A stretch of 64,000 nucleotides of DNA from Fonticula alba ATCC 38817 (Eukaryota > Protista > Nucleariida), in the NCBI GenBank assembly GCA_000388065.2, contig KB932207.1; one strand, written 5' to 3'. The notes beneath the pieces are model-generated. The model had not been told where the DNA came from and ran no database searches. It saw only the letters and a list, made by a program, of their open reading frames with translations. The first letter of the stretch is position 1. Every line of letters starts with the position of its first letter. The translations under genes were made by a program, and so were the position numbers. Shown here one piece after another: positions 25,457 to 38,396 of the stretch.

Positions 25457-25941
25457 GAGGCCATCCTTCCCCGGCCATGCCCTTGCCCCCTCCCCTCTTT
25501 CTTCCCCCTCCTCTCCCCTCAGATAAGCATGCTGTGTGCGGGTGTGCGGGTGCGCGTGTGTGTCTATGTACGTGCGCGGCACCTCCTCTCACGCATGAGT
25601 GTATTATAAACCCGCCCTCCTAGACTTGGGGGGTTTGCGCGTGGCTCCCTCCACTCCTCCTCCTCCTCCTCTTCTTCTTCTTCTTCTTCCTCTCTCTCTC
25701 TCTCTCTCCTCCCCTCTGCTTCGCCCCCTCTATCTTCCGGCCCTGTCTCTTTCTCTTGTCTGTGTGCGCAGCCTCTGCGCCCTCCAATACATCCTCCTCC
25801 TCCACTGCGACTTTCTCTGGTGCATGCCCCGAAGAAGGCCACCATATGAGGCTATATTCTCACACAGAGTGGCACTAGCCAAACCGGTCAGGGGGATTGT
25901 CCATCCCCCTCCCCCGGATGGCGGCGGGCCGGTTGTCTGTG

Positions 25942-28900
25942 TCACCCACCATGGCTGGCTGCCACTGACGCTGGCTGGCCGAAGATCTCCTCCATCGCAT
26001 CGAAGAGATACCGCTCCAGGCTGCCGGGACCTGGGACCAGGGCGGACGCGGCCTCCAAGTTGACCCAGAAGTCCACCCCCCGGAAGCCCAGCGGAACGGT
26101 GGCCAGCCCGGCGTCGATGGACCCCAGGTCTGGAGCCTTGCCGGCCACCAGGGGGCTTTGCAGCGACCCGGGCTTCTCCGAATCCCCCCGGTGGAACTTG
26201 GCCACGCCGTCCAGGATGGCGGCCCGAGCTGTGCGCATGACTGTGGCCAGGTACGTGCGCTTGATGGGAACTGTATTTTGGCGAGGTAGGCACGCAGGCG
26301 GGCGAGCGGACGTGTGTGTGTGTGTGTGTGAGAGAGAGAGAAAGAGAGAGGGAGGGATAAAAGGAGCTAAGCAAGATGCGAGAGCACCGCTGGTCCGTCC
26401 AGGGTGGTTTTCCTCCATCCGGTGAGCGAGCGGCGTACCTTCTGCTTCCGGCGGATGGATGATGACCGGGGCCGATACCCGGCTGGCGCCATGGCGACAT
26501 GCCTCGAGGATGGCCGACCGAAAAAGCGAGAGAATGCCCGAGGGGGTGGCCTCCGGTGCCAGGATATGCAGCCCCACATGGCAGAAGGGGAGGTTCGAGT
26601 GTCGGGTAGTGACAATCCCGACTGCTGCTGGGGTCAGTATATCCTTCCCCTGAAGACCAGGAACAGAGGCAGAGTGCCCGGGAAGCTGTACGGACCTTCT
26701 GGCGAGCGGGGCTGCCGGCGGAGAGCCTCGACCGCGGCAGTCCACTGACTGCCTGGCGGCTGGAGAAGCAACTCGGCCACGGGCGAGGCTTGAGTGGCTC
26801 GGGTGAAATCTGGCGGCAGGTCGCAAATTCGAGGCAGACGGCGCCTGTCAGAGGTGGACATATGGCGTGGGGGACGCCCAGGAGGAGGAGGAGGAGGAGG
26901 AGGAGGAAAGGGAACGTACCCGGGTCAGGACCGGCGAAGGCATCTGACAGGCGCACCGCGAAACGAGCACCCTTTTCCCCGAAGAGTGACATGCGCTCGG
27001 CCACCTCGCCCGGCCGGGGAGCCCGTATGGAAGCCGCATGGCGTTGATGCTGGATTGGCGCATGAAAGGGCGAAAGGTACAAGGGGCCGAGGAGGGGCCC
27101 GGGAAAAGTCATCCATGCAAGAAAAAAAAAGAGAAGAGATGTCTGGTCAGAGGGGCAGCGCGTGTGCATGAGGGAAAGAAAATGGACCAGGATGGAGGAG
27201 GGCACCCGGGAGGACGTACTGCCTGGCAATAGTGCTCGACCAAGGCCGGGTCCTTGGAGAGGAGGCGCACGCGAACGTGGTGCTGGCCAGCAGACCCGGC
27301 ACCAGTGGCGTTAGTCCCCCCGGGGGAGGCCAGCTTGAGATTCCACTCACCGAGGACATACTCCGCGGCGGAGGGAGGCGACCGGGCCGGTCCAGTCCGA
27401 CTTGCCGGACTGGCTGCCGGGTCGACTGTCCGCTGGAGGCTGGAGAGAGCCCGTCGGCTGAGGGACATGGAGCTCCGAGAGGATTCGGCCGGGGTGGCAG
27501 GCGCCGGGGTCGGGGTCGATGGCGACACGACGCCCGACAGGGATGCCGAGCTGCTGGATTCCGACAGCGAGGAGGAGCGCTGCCGGTTGGTGAAGCTCCC
27601 GGAGGACAGGCGCCCAAAGGCCCCGGCGAGTGATTGCCGTGCCGTGGCTGCCAGTGTGGTGATCGACTCGCTGGAGGCAATCTGGCCAAATACTGGAAGT
27701 GAAGCGGTTACGAGGGCGGTGCCGGCCGCCATGGGTCAGCCGGGTGGCAGAGTGACAAGTTGGTGATGGGAGACGAGGAGGCACGCTGCGCACCGGAGGA
27801 TTGGGAGGATCCCGAGGTGCTGGATTCCTGGAGCTCTTTGTCCACCAGGTGGGGACGGTCAAAGAGCAGCGAGATGGCGTCGGTCTTCGTGGTCGTGGTC
27901 GTGGTCGTGTGTGTGTGTGTGCCGACATCGACAGTTAGTCAGCATCAGAAGGTGCCTGCCCGATGGAAATACCATGCATCTCCCTCGGCCCAGGCGGTGT
28001 GCGGGATACGGACCACATTCCCCTGGGCCAGGCGAAGGGCGGCTCGTGCGCGATCTGGCTCAATGCCGAGGTCGGTCAGCTGCAGCATCGGCGCGTCGTG
28101 GACGGCGGCCGGAGTGGCACCCGGGGTCGGGGCTGAGCCCTCGCGCGGCGATCGGGCCGGCACATCACCAGTGGCCAGGAGGTTGGGTGTCGAGTCGGAT
28201 GGCATCAGGCCCGATGCTGACAGGGCATCCATGTCGAAGAGGTTCTCCGACAGGATGAGCAAGTCCTCGGGCATCAGCTGTCGGGCCAGATCGTATGCCT
28301 GCACCACCTGCCGGCGGAAGATCCGCCCCCGGGCCAAGGTGTCTTGCTCCAGTTGTGACTGCAGAAGGGTCTGCTGGGTCTGGTGGCCGGCGAAGAGGGA
28401 GAGGCAGGTCAGCGGAGACCCAGACGGGATGGCTGTGATGTGCAGGCGGGCAGAGGGAGAAAGAGCGAGAGCGAGAGCAAGGGGGGGGGGGCGAGGGAAA
28501 CATCTCGTCAAAAGAGAACGCCCTGAAGCATGGTGGCCCGAAAGGCAGGCTACTCACCTTAAGCAAGTCCCACACGACCGACACATTGGCCGGGTCGAAC
28601 TCGCGGCTGCGCGCTTCGGCGTCGCTCCTGCATAGGCGAGCAGGGTCCGTCGTCGCGAAGGAGGAAGAGGCGGCCGATGGGGGGCAGCACAGTGGTTAAC
28701 AGGCGCAAGCAGAGGGCCACATGGCAGCATGGCCGGGAGGGAGGGACGCATTGCAGGCACACCTGGCCATGGAAGCCGCGCTATCAGTCGCGGACAGCTG
28801 GTCAAGATGCCCGAGGGAAAGTTGGTCCATCAGCGCCAAGACCGCCGGAGCCAAGGCCGGGAGGGCCATCAGCCGGCAAAAGGCTCGCGCAGCCATGACG

Positions 28901-29491
28901 GGAGTATCATCTCGCCGAGTGGCGTTCGGGCTGGAGGCAGCCACTTCAGGAGGTGTGGTGGATTGCGCGTGCGACAGGGGGGTCGTCTGGCCGATGGGGC
29001 AGACGCCTGGGTTAGCTTGTTACATCGCCGGCGGAGAGGGGCGCCGGCGGATGGGTGCGTACCGGCTGCGAGGTGGGGTCGGGATCGGCCGGGGTGGATC
29101 CGGGCGCGAGTGCGGCACCACGCAGGTCGCTTGGACACTGGCCTGCAGCGGCCTGGCGTGCGAACCGCAGGTGGGTCTGCTGGACCGTTTGGATGAGAAT
29201 CGGGGCGGCGCGCTCGAACCAAGCATCCGCCAGTTGGCAAACACGCGAATCGGCCACACCCGGAGCAAAGAGCCCGGCACAGCGGTCACGTAGGACCGCT
29301 CGCAAGGTTGCCAGCACCGGCTGCCCCTGGTCCATGGCCAGCTCCAAGCGGAGAACCAGTGCCTGTGGTATGGCCGAGGCGTCGGGTGTGTTGGCTGCCC
29401 GGTCGGCGCCTGGGGGTACTCGGACTGGCAGGGCCAAGCCGACCTTGATCGGCAGGGGGCACAAAACCTCGGTGGCCAGGGACTCGGGCAT
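25942..29491 (-). CDS. FERRY3: FERRY3/C12orf4 (DUF2362) homolog with internal UBA domain
   Basis: C-terminal IVTTRHSNLPFCHVGLHI...LFRSAILEACRHGASRVSAPVII...LERYLFDAMEEIF parallels C12orf4 (ITRHSNL...[23 protein letters not shown]...LSNMLPQIF). ATG at 29491 (MPESLATEV). Multi-exon. Confidence 0.7.
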
Positions 29492-29829
29492 GCTTGGCGC
29501 GCGTGTGCGAGCTCTCAGCCGGCCTTCTCGTGGGAATGGGCCACAGCGATCGGACGGGGCAAGGAAAGGGGGGGGGGGGGGGGGGGAGGGCCCGGGGGCG
29601 GCGGCAGACAGAGGAGGCAAAAGGCAGGATGAGGGCCAGTGTGTGAGAGAACGACCGCGGGTGTGTCCTGCGGATGCGGAGCCCCAGAAAAACGCCGCNN
29701 NNNNNNNNCCCCCCCCCCCCCCCCCGTCCATCCCCTTCCTGGCGATCGGCGGGGGGCGGAGCGACAGGCGACTCATGTCCCCGGCTGCTTCGTGGGGGGC
29801 AGGGCGCGTTGGCAGTTGGAGCTTGTGGG

Positions 29830-32800
29830 TTATGTACGATCGGGGGCGTCGGCCGGCCCCTCGGTCTCTTGGGGCTGGAGCTGGAGCTGGAGAATTTCCC
29901 GGGCAATGGCGGCCACCCGGGTCTGGTCGACAATGGTGTCCTGGTAGATCTTGTACAGCCAAGTCGGGTCGGAGCAGCAGATGTGCGGCGGGACCGCGGT
30001 GGCCTGCTCGATGTTGCGCTGCTCGGCCGGCGGCAAGTGCACGATGCCGCCCTTCAATGGCGCACGCTTGGGGTGGGGAACGGAAGCCCGTCGATCGGAA
30101 TTCTATTGGGCGAAGAGCGTCCATGCATCGGGGCGTTGTAGCGGGCGGGCGGGCGGGCGGGCGGGAATCCAGGCGCAGGAGAGGTAAGGCTGGCGTGGAG
30201 GCAGGGCGGGGAGGCGATACTGGCGGAGGTGGAGGTCTCTCTCGCTCTCTCTCTTCCCCTCTCTCGGAGGAGCATGGTGCCTGGTCCGGGACAGGGGTCA
30301 GCGAGAAGGCCACATGGCCACGTACCGCCCATGCGCGATAGATGCACCCGGCAATGCGGCACTCATGCATGTAGGGGGTGTAATTTTCCGGCTGCACCCC
30401 AAAGGGAAAGAGCTCAATGACGCCGCCGGGGGTGGTGGGCAGCCGCGGCCCGCGAGGGTGCTGAACCGGGCTGGCTGCCATGCTGGCCGCCTCCAGGAGC
30501 AAATGGTCCCGCAGGGTGGCCTCTACCAGCCAGCCGCCGGGCTGGTGCTCCTGCTCGTGGGAAGCGGCCGAGGGGGCCTGGGCCAGGGCTGCCAGGGCCA
30601 GGGCCGCCCCATGCATGGCTACTATGATGCGTGCTCCGGCCAGGCGAGTCATGAAGCTCTTCAACGAGGACACATTGAAGAAGGGCACATTCTCCAGGCG
30701 GAGGACCGCCACGCAGAGGCCCGTCTCGCGGGCAAGTTCCTCTGCATCAAGCCGAACGGGGGTTAGCAAGACTGGGGGATGGTGCTCGGCTGGATGGAGA
30801 CGCGGGAGCCCCCGGCAAGGGGGCCGCCAAAGGCAGGGGCCCTCGTGCGCCTCCGCTTGCGAAGAGCTAGTCCCCCGTACCGGTCAGCTGGATCTCGTTC
30901 AGGATGCGCCGATCGCGCGACCGGCCCAGGATGAGAATCTCCCCGACGCCGGTGCTCGGGACCGAGCTGCCCGCGACTTCCGGACAGAAGGCCGCCGAGG
31001 GGGCCCCCATGTCCAGGCTGGACGCCGGGCCGGATGGCAGGTGGTGCCCCGGGAAGCGCCGGCCAGCCAGGCCGAGGCGCAGGTTCAGGAGTTTCATCAG
31101 GGAGGTCACCTGCGGGCCGGCGACGTTCTTGTGCGGCAGCGGACCCTGGGGCGAGTTGAAGCCATAGTGATACCAAGTTCCCTTGCGGGATAGGCCCATG
31201 GATGCCTCCTGCGGCGTGGCGGCCGGGCGAGAGGTGAGCAAGCGAGCCGGGCCACAGGGGAGGGGGATGGGTTTGCGACGACGCCACCGGGTCCGCGGGC
31301 GAGGGCGAGGCAGAGGGGGGGAGGGGGGGGGGGAGCGAGGCATGCGTGGCGCACTTCAAAGCGGATGAGCGACCCCCGGGGGAAGTCGACGAAGCTCATG
31401 ACCTTGCGATCGGAAAACAGCTGCAGCAAGGGAAGGTAGTCCCCTGCGGCATGGTCATCGAAGAGGATGATGCTGGTGGCCAAGCGGGCGACGCGTCATG
31501 TTAGGGGGTTGGCGGGGGGGGGGGGGAAAGAAAAGGCACGGCAACAGTCCGGGCCAGCAAGCACAAGCCACGGTAACCTACTTGTGGTCAAACGGGAGGC
31601 TCCGATGGAGTTCATCCGCCACATCTGGATGCAGGCCTCGGCCGGGCCCTGGGGCTTCCTGCACCCGGCGCAGGTCCCGGTCGACGGTGTGCGAGAGGCC
31701 CGCCTGTTCGGCCGGCGTGCGTCCATGGCGGGGCTGCCAGGCGTCCATGGTGTGCAGGAGCCCGAGCAGGTCATCATGAATGGTGTGCATCAAGTTGTAT
31801 GGCAAGAAGCGCGCCAGCAAGTAGCTCCGGCCGCGAATGATCTGACAAGGGGCTTATGGGTCAATTCAAGATATTGAAGGACGTATGCATGTATGCATAT
31901 GTGTTTGAGTATGTATCTGTGTGTGGATGTGCGTGCATGTGCGTGCATGTGTGTGCATGTGTGTGTGCGTGGCACGGTCGGGCGCCAAGGCCCCTGGTGT
32001 ACCCGGTTCTCCAGCTGCGTGTACTTCGGATACTTGCGAATGTTGCCATGGTCCATGATCTTCAGGTCCACCTTGTAGGCATTCGACACGGTGCTGAACT
32101 GAACAATCGATTGGAACTCGCCGCGGGTCGTGTCATCCAGGCCCCGCACAACGGACCGACCCTGGGACAGCAGCAGCACAAAGGTCCCCTGGTCGACATT
32201 GAAGTAGAGGTTCCGAATGAGGCAGAGCCTGGGGACATGCGCGGGGCCAGCACAGGCAGGGCCCCGGGGGAGGAGGGCCCAAGAGACCGGGAGACGAGGA
32301 ATGACGGCGTGGCAGGCATTGGTCGGTCAGCATTGGGTCCCTGGCGAAAGGCTCGCCATCATTGCGCCGGGGGTCACATACCGGGTCCCATCGCGCTCGC
32401 GCATGCAGTCAATGTCCGATGGCAGGAAGCGCTCGACATCGCTCCCGGCATCGACTCGAACCTGCGGCAGGACCGCCCCGAAGGCGGCATTCCCTTGGAG
32501 CATGGCCTGCGAGGAGACCGGTTCCGGGGCCGCGGCCGGGCCCACGGCATAGACACTGTTGGCCAGGGGCCCGCCACAGGCAACCCCCGGAAGGAAGGGG
32601 CACTCCACCGAGCATAGCCCGGGCTCATGGGCCGAGTAATGCCGGTAGCGGGGGTGTCGCGCGCCGGCATCCTCGTCGGCTGGCGACCCGCACCAGCACT
32701 CGGTGCCATTTTGCAAGCCGGCCCAGGCGAAGCCCTGGTCCCGGCAGTAGCCCAAGCACTGGACCGGATCCACCGGTGGCTTCAAGTGCCCGGTGCCGGC

Positions 32801-33581
32801 CGGGTCCACCAGGGTCGGCAGGGCGCGCCCGATCCGGCCATTGACCCGGTCGGCGAAGCACCCAAGGAAGGCGTCCTCCAGCCCGGGGATCGCTGGCCGC
32901 AGGGGCTCGGTCCTGGGAGGGTGCATGAGTCAGTCTGCGGCGGGACGGTCCCCGACGGCCCGAGCCGCCAGGGCCCGGGCAGCATTCCCCGGCCGCCGGT
33001 GGTCCTGCAATGGAGGATGACGCAGGGGGGGGTGAAAAGAAAGGGCCCATTCAATCTCTTAATGTGTGCATTCTCCCCCTTCGCCCCCTCCCCCCACGCC
33101 GTGGCCCGAACAAACCTGTCCTCGCCGACGGCCAGCTGCCAGACTGGCGAGTGCTCATCAAAGTGTCGGAAGAGCCAGCGGCTTCGAAGGGCCTGCATAT
33201 CGAGGGCCATGCCCTGGCCAGGGTCCGTGCCGGTCGACTGCGCAGTTGCCCCAGCGCGGTGGGGCTGGCGTTGCAGCACCTGCCGGATGAGGGATCCGCC
33301 CTCGGGTCGGCTGGAGCCGGTGGCTGGCGACCGCTGGGCTGGTTGGCCGGCTGGTCGGCCACCCAGGAGGGTTAAGTAGCCAAGGGTCCCGAGGGCGAGC
33401 TTTTCCAGCCGGAAGGACGGGGCAGACAGAGCGCCGAGCAGGATGCCAAACGGGCGGCCGTGGGAGCGTTTGGGTCAAAACCCGTGAACCAGCATGCGGG
33501 AATGCCGAAGTGCCACCGGGGCGCAAGTCCACGTACAAGCCCCATCAGGGTGACTATCCGTCGAGTGGAAAAGCGAGCCAT
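29830..33581 (-). CDS. POMGNT2: Type II membrane WSC-domain + GT61 glycosyltransferase, POMGNT2 (GTDC2)-like
   Basis: Signal anchor MARFSTRRIVTLMGL-LALGTLGYLTLLGG; WSC (GCFAD..CLGYCRDQGFAWAGLQNGTECWCG..CSVEC..CGGPLANSVY); GT61 motifs LARFLPYNLMHTIHDDLLGL, GLSRKGTWYHYGFNSPQGP, RDRRILNE, AMHGAAL, VIELFPFGVQPENYTPY, GGIVHLPPAEQ, PPHICCSDPTWLYKIYQDTIVD. Confidence 0.88.
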
Positions 33582-34437
33582 GCGACGACTACACCGGGGC
33601 AGGGGAGAGAGGCCGTGAAGGGGCCCCCCGCCGATGCTCGGCCGATCGGCGCGTGTCGACCAGTAGCCCATATGGAAAAGATCGGGCAGCGAACGGGGAG
33701 GCACTCCCGTCGGACAAATGTCCGGGCGCAGAGTGTGTAGCTACGCACGAGGCCCGGGCTCAGATCGGCCGGCTACAGGCAGCGTGATATGACGCTGGGG
33801 AAAAGGAAAGTCAAGCGAGCAAGATCAAGAGAGCCGGTGAAGCGAGGGTAGAGGCAGCGGAGGAGGCGGGAGAAAGCAGGCGAGGCAGATGAAAAAGGAC
33901 GGGCGCCGGGGCTTCATGTCAGGGGGGGGGGGATGCCTTTCCGCGGGGCGCATCCTAAAATAAAATAAAAAACACCCCCCCCGCCATGGCCAATCGTTGT
34001 GGGCTAAGATGCGATCTGATGTTCCAGAACTCGCATCGTCGTATCGCATTCCTCCCCATCAGTTGGCGGCTAGCGTGGATTTCGGAACATCCGGTGCCAA
34101 GGTGCGTGGTGTCCTTGTGCACAGCGGGCGGGGGGGGGGGGGGCGGTCCGATTGGCCCGCGCCCCAGGGGTCGGGGGAGTGTTTCGGACTCCTCTTCCTT
34201 GCACCCCCGCTGCCCGGGGTGCCTTTTTTTTTTTTGGCCTTGCTCCCTCCTCTGCCAGGCGGGCGCCGGGCCTTTCCGAGGAGTCGAGTGCGCCCCCAGC
34301 GGCCAATGGGCGGTCTTGGCCCGTGGGTCATTCCTCTCCCATCCCCTGTGTCCCCTCCTTCGCCCTCTGTCCCTGCCGCTCCTCCCCCCCCCCCCCCCCC
34401 CCGCGCCGCCCTTCCCGTCTGTCTTGCTGCGAGGACC

Positions 34438-37400
34438 ATGGCCAGCCAGGCGGAGCGCATCGACGCGGCCAAACGCGAGATCCGTCTGCTTCTGTCCGCC
34501 ATCAACATCGACTACTTCGAGGTGCGCATGGTCGCCATAGCCCCTTGTCCATGTTTCGCTTCTTCCTGGTCGTTTCCTTTCCACCGTCATCTGACCCTCC
34601 TTCCGCCCGTGCCACCTCGCAGAGTGAGAGCTTCGACCCGCAGAGCTTCATCCGGACCTTCACCAAGCCCCTGGTTGACGTGCTGGAGTTTGCGCAGAAG
34701 CCTGCACCCACTGGCGCTGGCTTCGCACATGACGCCCAGCCGCACCAAGATACGCCCCCCGGTGTGTCTGAGCTGGCATGCGTCCCCCTTGCCCACATTT
34801 CACGAATCGCCAGCATGGTTGGCCGGCCTGGCCGCCCCCCCCCCCCCGTCCCCCGCACTGACTCCCTTCTTCGCCACGTCAAGACTTCCCGCACAGTGAC
34901 TTCCTCGAGATTTGCGAGTATGCTCTGCGACAGCTGAATGCCGTGCTGGACCATGCATCCGAGGACTCCTTCCATGCCACGCGCGACCGGAACATCGCGC
35001 ACAACACCTACAAAGATGCGGTCAACTATTTGGGTCTCTACTTCCAGGTTGGTCCTTTCTCCTTTCTTCTCAGCGGCAATGCCCCTCTCCTGCCCCTGTC
35101 CCCTTTTGTCCATTCGAACGTGTCTGACCCTGCAGCGAGTGTAGAAAGCATTTGGCCATTTGTCGGATCTGCAGTCATCCTTCGATGAGATGACCCGAAC
35201 TGCCATCTATACTGGTCCGTTTCACCCCCCCCTCTCGCCTTCCAGGGGCCTCCTGCTGCGCCCTGTCCCCCCCTCTCTCCCGCGCGGGCGGTGGCCCGTG
35301 ACGTGGTCACCCTCCNNNNNNNNNNNNNNNNNNNNNNNNNNNNNNNNNNNNNNNNNNNNNNNNNNNNNNNNNNNNNNNNNNNNNNNNNNNNNNNNNNNNN
35401 GTCTTCCTGTGTTTGTGTATTTGTGTTTGTGTGTCCCCCCCCCCCCCCCCCCCCCCCCCTCCTGCCTCCCCGTCTCTCTGCCAGCTCCGACTAATGCGTT
35501 GGACAAACAGGCCAGCAGCTGGAGGTGCTGGAGAATGAGCGTGCTCGTGCCGACGAACTGTTGGTCCTCCTGCGCCACTACGACGACTTCAATCGCCTGG
35601 CTACTGAGCATCGGCTGAAAATGTCCCAGCATGGTGCTGCCCCCGGGGCCGGCATCTCCGTCTCGCCCTTTTCCCAATTTCCCACCACCTTCTCGAACCC
35701 GGAGTTGCTCGACGAGGTATGTGGCTGTGAGGGCCTTCCCTTGACGCGAATCGCGCCATTGCTGACGTTCGCCCTCCCCCCCTCCCCCCTGCTATCCATC
35801 CGCCTTCGCGTTTAATGTCTCCTCTTCTCAATGTGTTGCAGGCCATTCGCATCATCCCCCTGCTGCTGGACCTGGCACGACAGGTGGCCGCCGCCGGGGG
35901 GGGAGGCCCGGCCTCCGGCGATCGCCTGCACTCGCCCCTGGGCATTGGGGCCGGCGATGCGCAGCAGCCACAGCCAGCCGCCAAGGCCGCCACCAAGAAG
36001 TCCCCGGCCACGGCGCCGTCTGCGGCGTCCTCCACCACCCCGGCTCCGGGCTCGCCGCTGGCCTTCTGCCCGTACTCAACGCTGGCCCATGTGGAGGATG
36101 CCTACCGGCGCATTGTCAACCGCGGTCTACAGCATTTGTCCCTGGCCCAGAAGAAGCACGACATCTTTTCGATGCGCTTGTGGGTGATCAAGCTGACTCG
36201 CGCCGGGGCTGGCCACTGTGCGCGGTCGCTCTATATCCGCGGGCAGGCCGTATGCACTCGGCGTGGCCTGGGCCCGCTCAACCTGGCCTCCGATGTGGAT
36301 CCCTTCCGCGCATCGAGCCTGGCCGACCCATCGGGCTTGTGCGTCGCCATCTCGTCCGGGCCATCACCGCCTGCTCTCCTCATCCTGACACTTTCGCGCT
36401 CGCACCTGCCGCACCCACGCACGTCCCGAATCCTGCCTCCTTTGTCGCCGGCCCTTCAACAGTAGCACCTGGGCCCCGCAGCTGCCCAGCATGGCCACCG
36501 TCGAGTCGTTGGAGGATTTGACTCAGTCACTGAAGGAGTCTTGCGAGGAAGAATGTCGGCGCATTCGCCTGGTTTTCGGCGAGGAAGCCCCCTCGGTCAT
36601 CTGGGACATGGTCACCTTCCTGACGCAGCATCTGGTACGATCGTGCACCGCGACCTCCCTCCGCCCGGTTGCCCGGTGGCTGGCTCTCCTTTCCCCTTCC
36701 CGATGGCCAGTCGGGAATGACTCACGCCCTGCATCAATCGCTGTCACCGCCACTGCCGCCCACAAAAAAAAAAAAAAAAAGATCGCTCCCCTGGCCAAGA
36801 CCCTCCTTGACAGCCTGTATCGGGACGTCGCGCCAGCGAAGGCCGATGCCCCGGCCGCATCGGCGGGCGCGCCACCGGCCACCGGCGACCCGGCAGCGGC
36901 CAACCCCCGGGTGGCGGCCGATGCCTTGACCATGTACCTGCATTCGCTGGATGCCGTTCATGACATCATTCGCTCGTGGCTGGCGCTGGCGGTGTCCTGC
37001 CGGGGGTCGGTCCGGTCGTCGCTTGCCGGGGCCGGCATCGCCGGGCCCGGGGCCGCCGGGACCGCAGTCGGGCTGCTCTCTGACAAGGAGACGCCCGAGG
37101 ACTTTGCGGAGGCGGCGGCCGCTTCGGCCACATCGCTGGCACTGGCCGCGGATTTGGAAGATTCCCACCGCCTCCTTCGGGCCACGCTGGCCGAGCATCT
37201 GAATGAAGAGCGCTACTGCAAGATCGAGACCCGGGCACTGAAGGCCTCCTTCGACCGGGCTCTCCTCGGCTTTAACACCTATCGACAGACCAGACGCCGG
37301 GCCATCGAGCAAGCGGCCAGCCAGCAGCGCTCCTTCGGGCTGTCGCTTTTCGGCGATTCGAACAATTCCCCGGAATCGGACCCGGAGTTCCTCGTCATCC

Positions 37401-38365
37401 GGCGCCTCGGTGGTGTGGGCCAGTATTGGAGTGATTTGACGTGTGCCGAAATCACCCAGTCGGCCACGGAGTCCTTCCGGCGCATGTCACGTCTGCTGCC
37501 CCGTCAGGCCGCGTACGTTCCCTTGCCTGTGGCGTCTCTCACCATGGACGGCACCCACGGATTTGCCACTGCCCCAATGACTCACCCCTTTTTGGCGACA
37601 TTATGCGTGGCCCCTTCGCTCGTTGCGAAAAAAAAAAAAAACAACAACCCACAAACAAACAAACCCTCCTCCCAGCCCCGATCGCATCTCCAATCTCTAC
37701 ACCAACTCGCTGCTCTTCACTCTGGAGAACCGGTATCTCGTGCCGGCCATGGAATTCCTCCTGCATGATGTTCCGGTGTCCTTGGTGCATGATGGCCCGA
37801 ACAAGGCCACCACCCCGGCTGAGCCCATTTTCTCGGTGTCCCTCACGCCGCTGGGCATCCTGACCTCCTTGCAGATGGCCTTCACCATTGCCGACACCAT
37901 CCAACAGCACTTCCGCTCGGGTGTCGTGGCACATACGCTGCAGATGACGACCAACCCGGCGACCGGCATCGCCGGCGGGCCTGCCCCGGCGGCCAGCTCG
38001 ACCAGCTCGACCAGCAACAAAGCCGACATGGCCGCCTCGTCCAGTGCCTATCGCAGCTGCCTGGTGGCCCGGAATTCGCTGCTCAGCAACCACGAAAGTC
38101 GCATCAACGTCGTGGTCGATCGGTTCATCGAGTGTACGTCCCGCCCCGCCCCGCCTCTGTGCCATCTTGCCTCCCCTCTACGGGGCTTTTCTCGACGGGC
38201 CGACTCGACTGCAGGCTGTGCCTAACTTGCCGGATGTTCAACAGCCACAACACGACAGCTGGCCCTGCTCCTCTCGCGCCAGGAGCGCTCCGATTACCGA
38301 ATCCAGCATGACAAGAAGGAGCAAGCGTCCCTTCGCTCGGATGACACCTCGGCTGTGCGCCTGTC

Positions 38366-38396
<31 letters not shown>

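Noticed and set aside
23627-25582. 651-aa antisense ORF over calreticulin (and similar antisense ORFs over other genes)
   Set aside because: Expected shadow of GC3-rich codon usage; no recognisable protein features
29012-30769. 585-aa ORF suggesting a POMGNT2-FERRY3 fusion
   Set aside because: It reads through introns and a 10-N gap. The GT61 has its own spliced last exon with a stop at 29830, and FERRY3 has a separate ATG at 29491.
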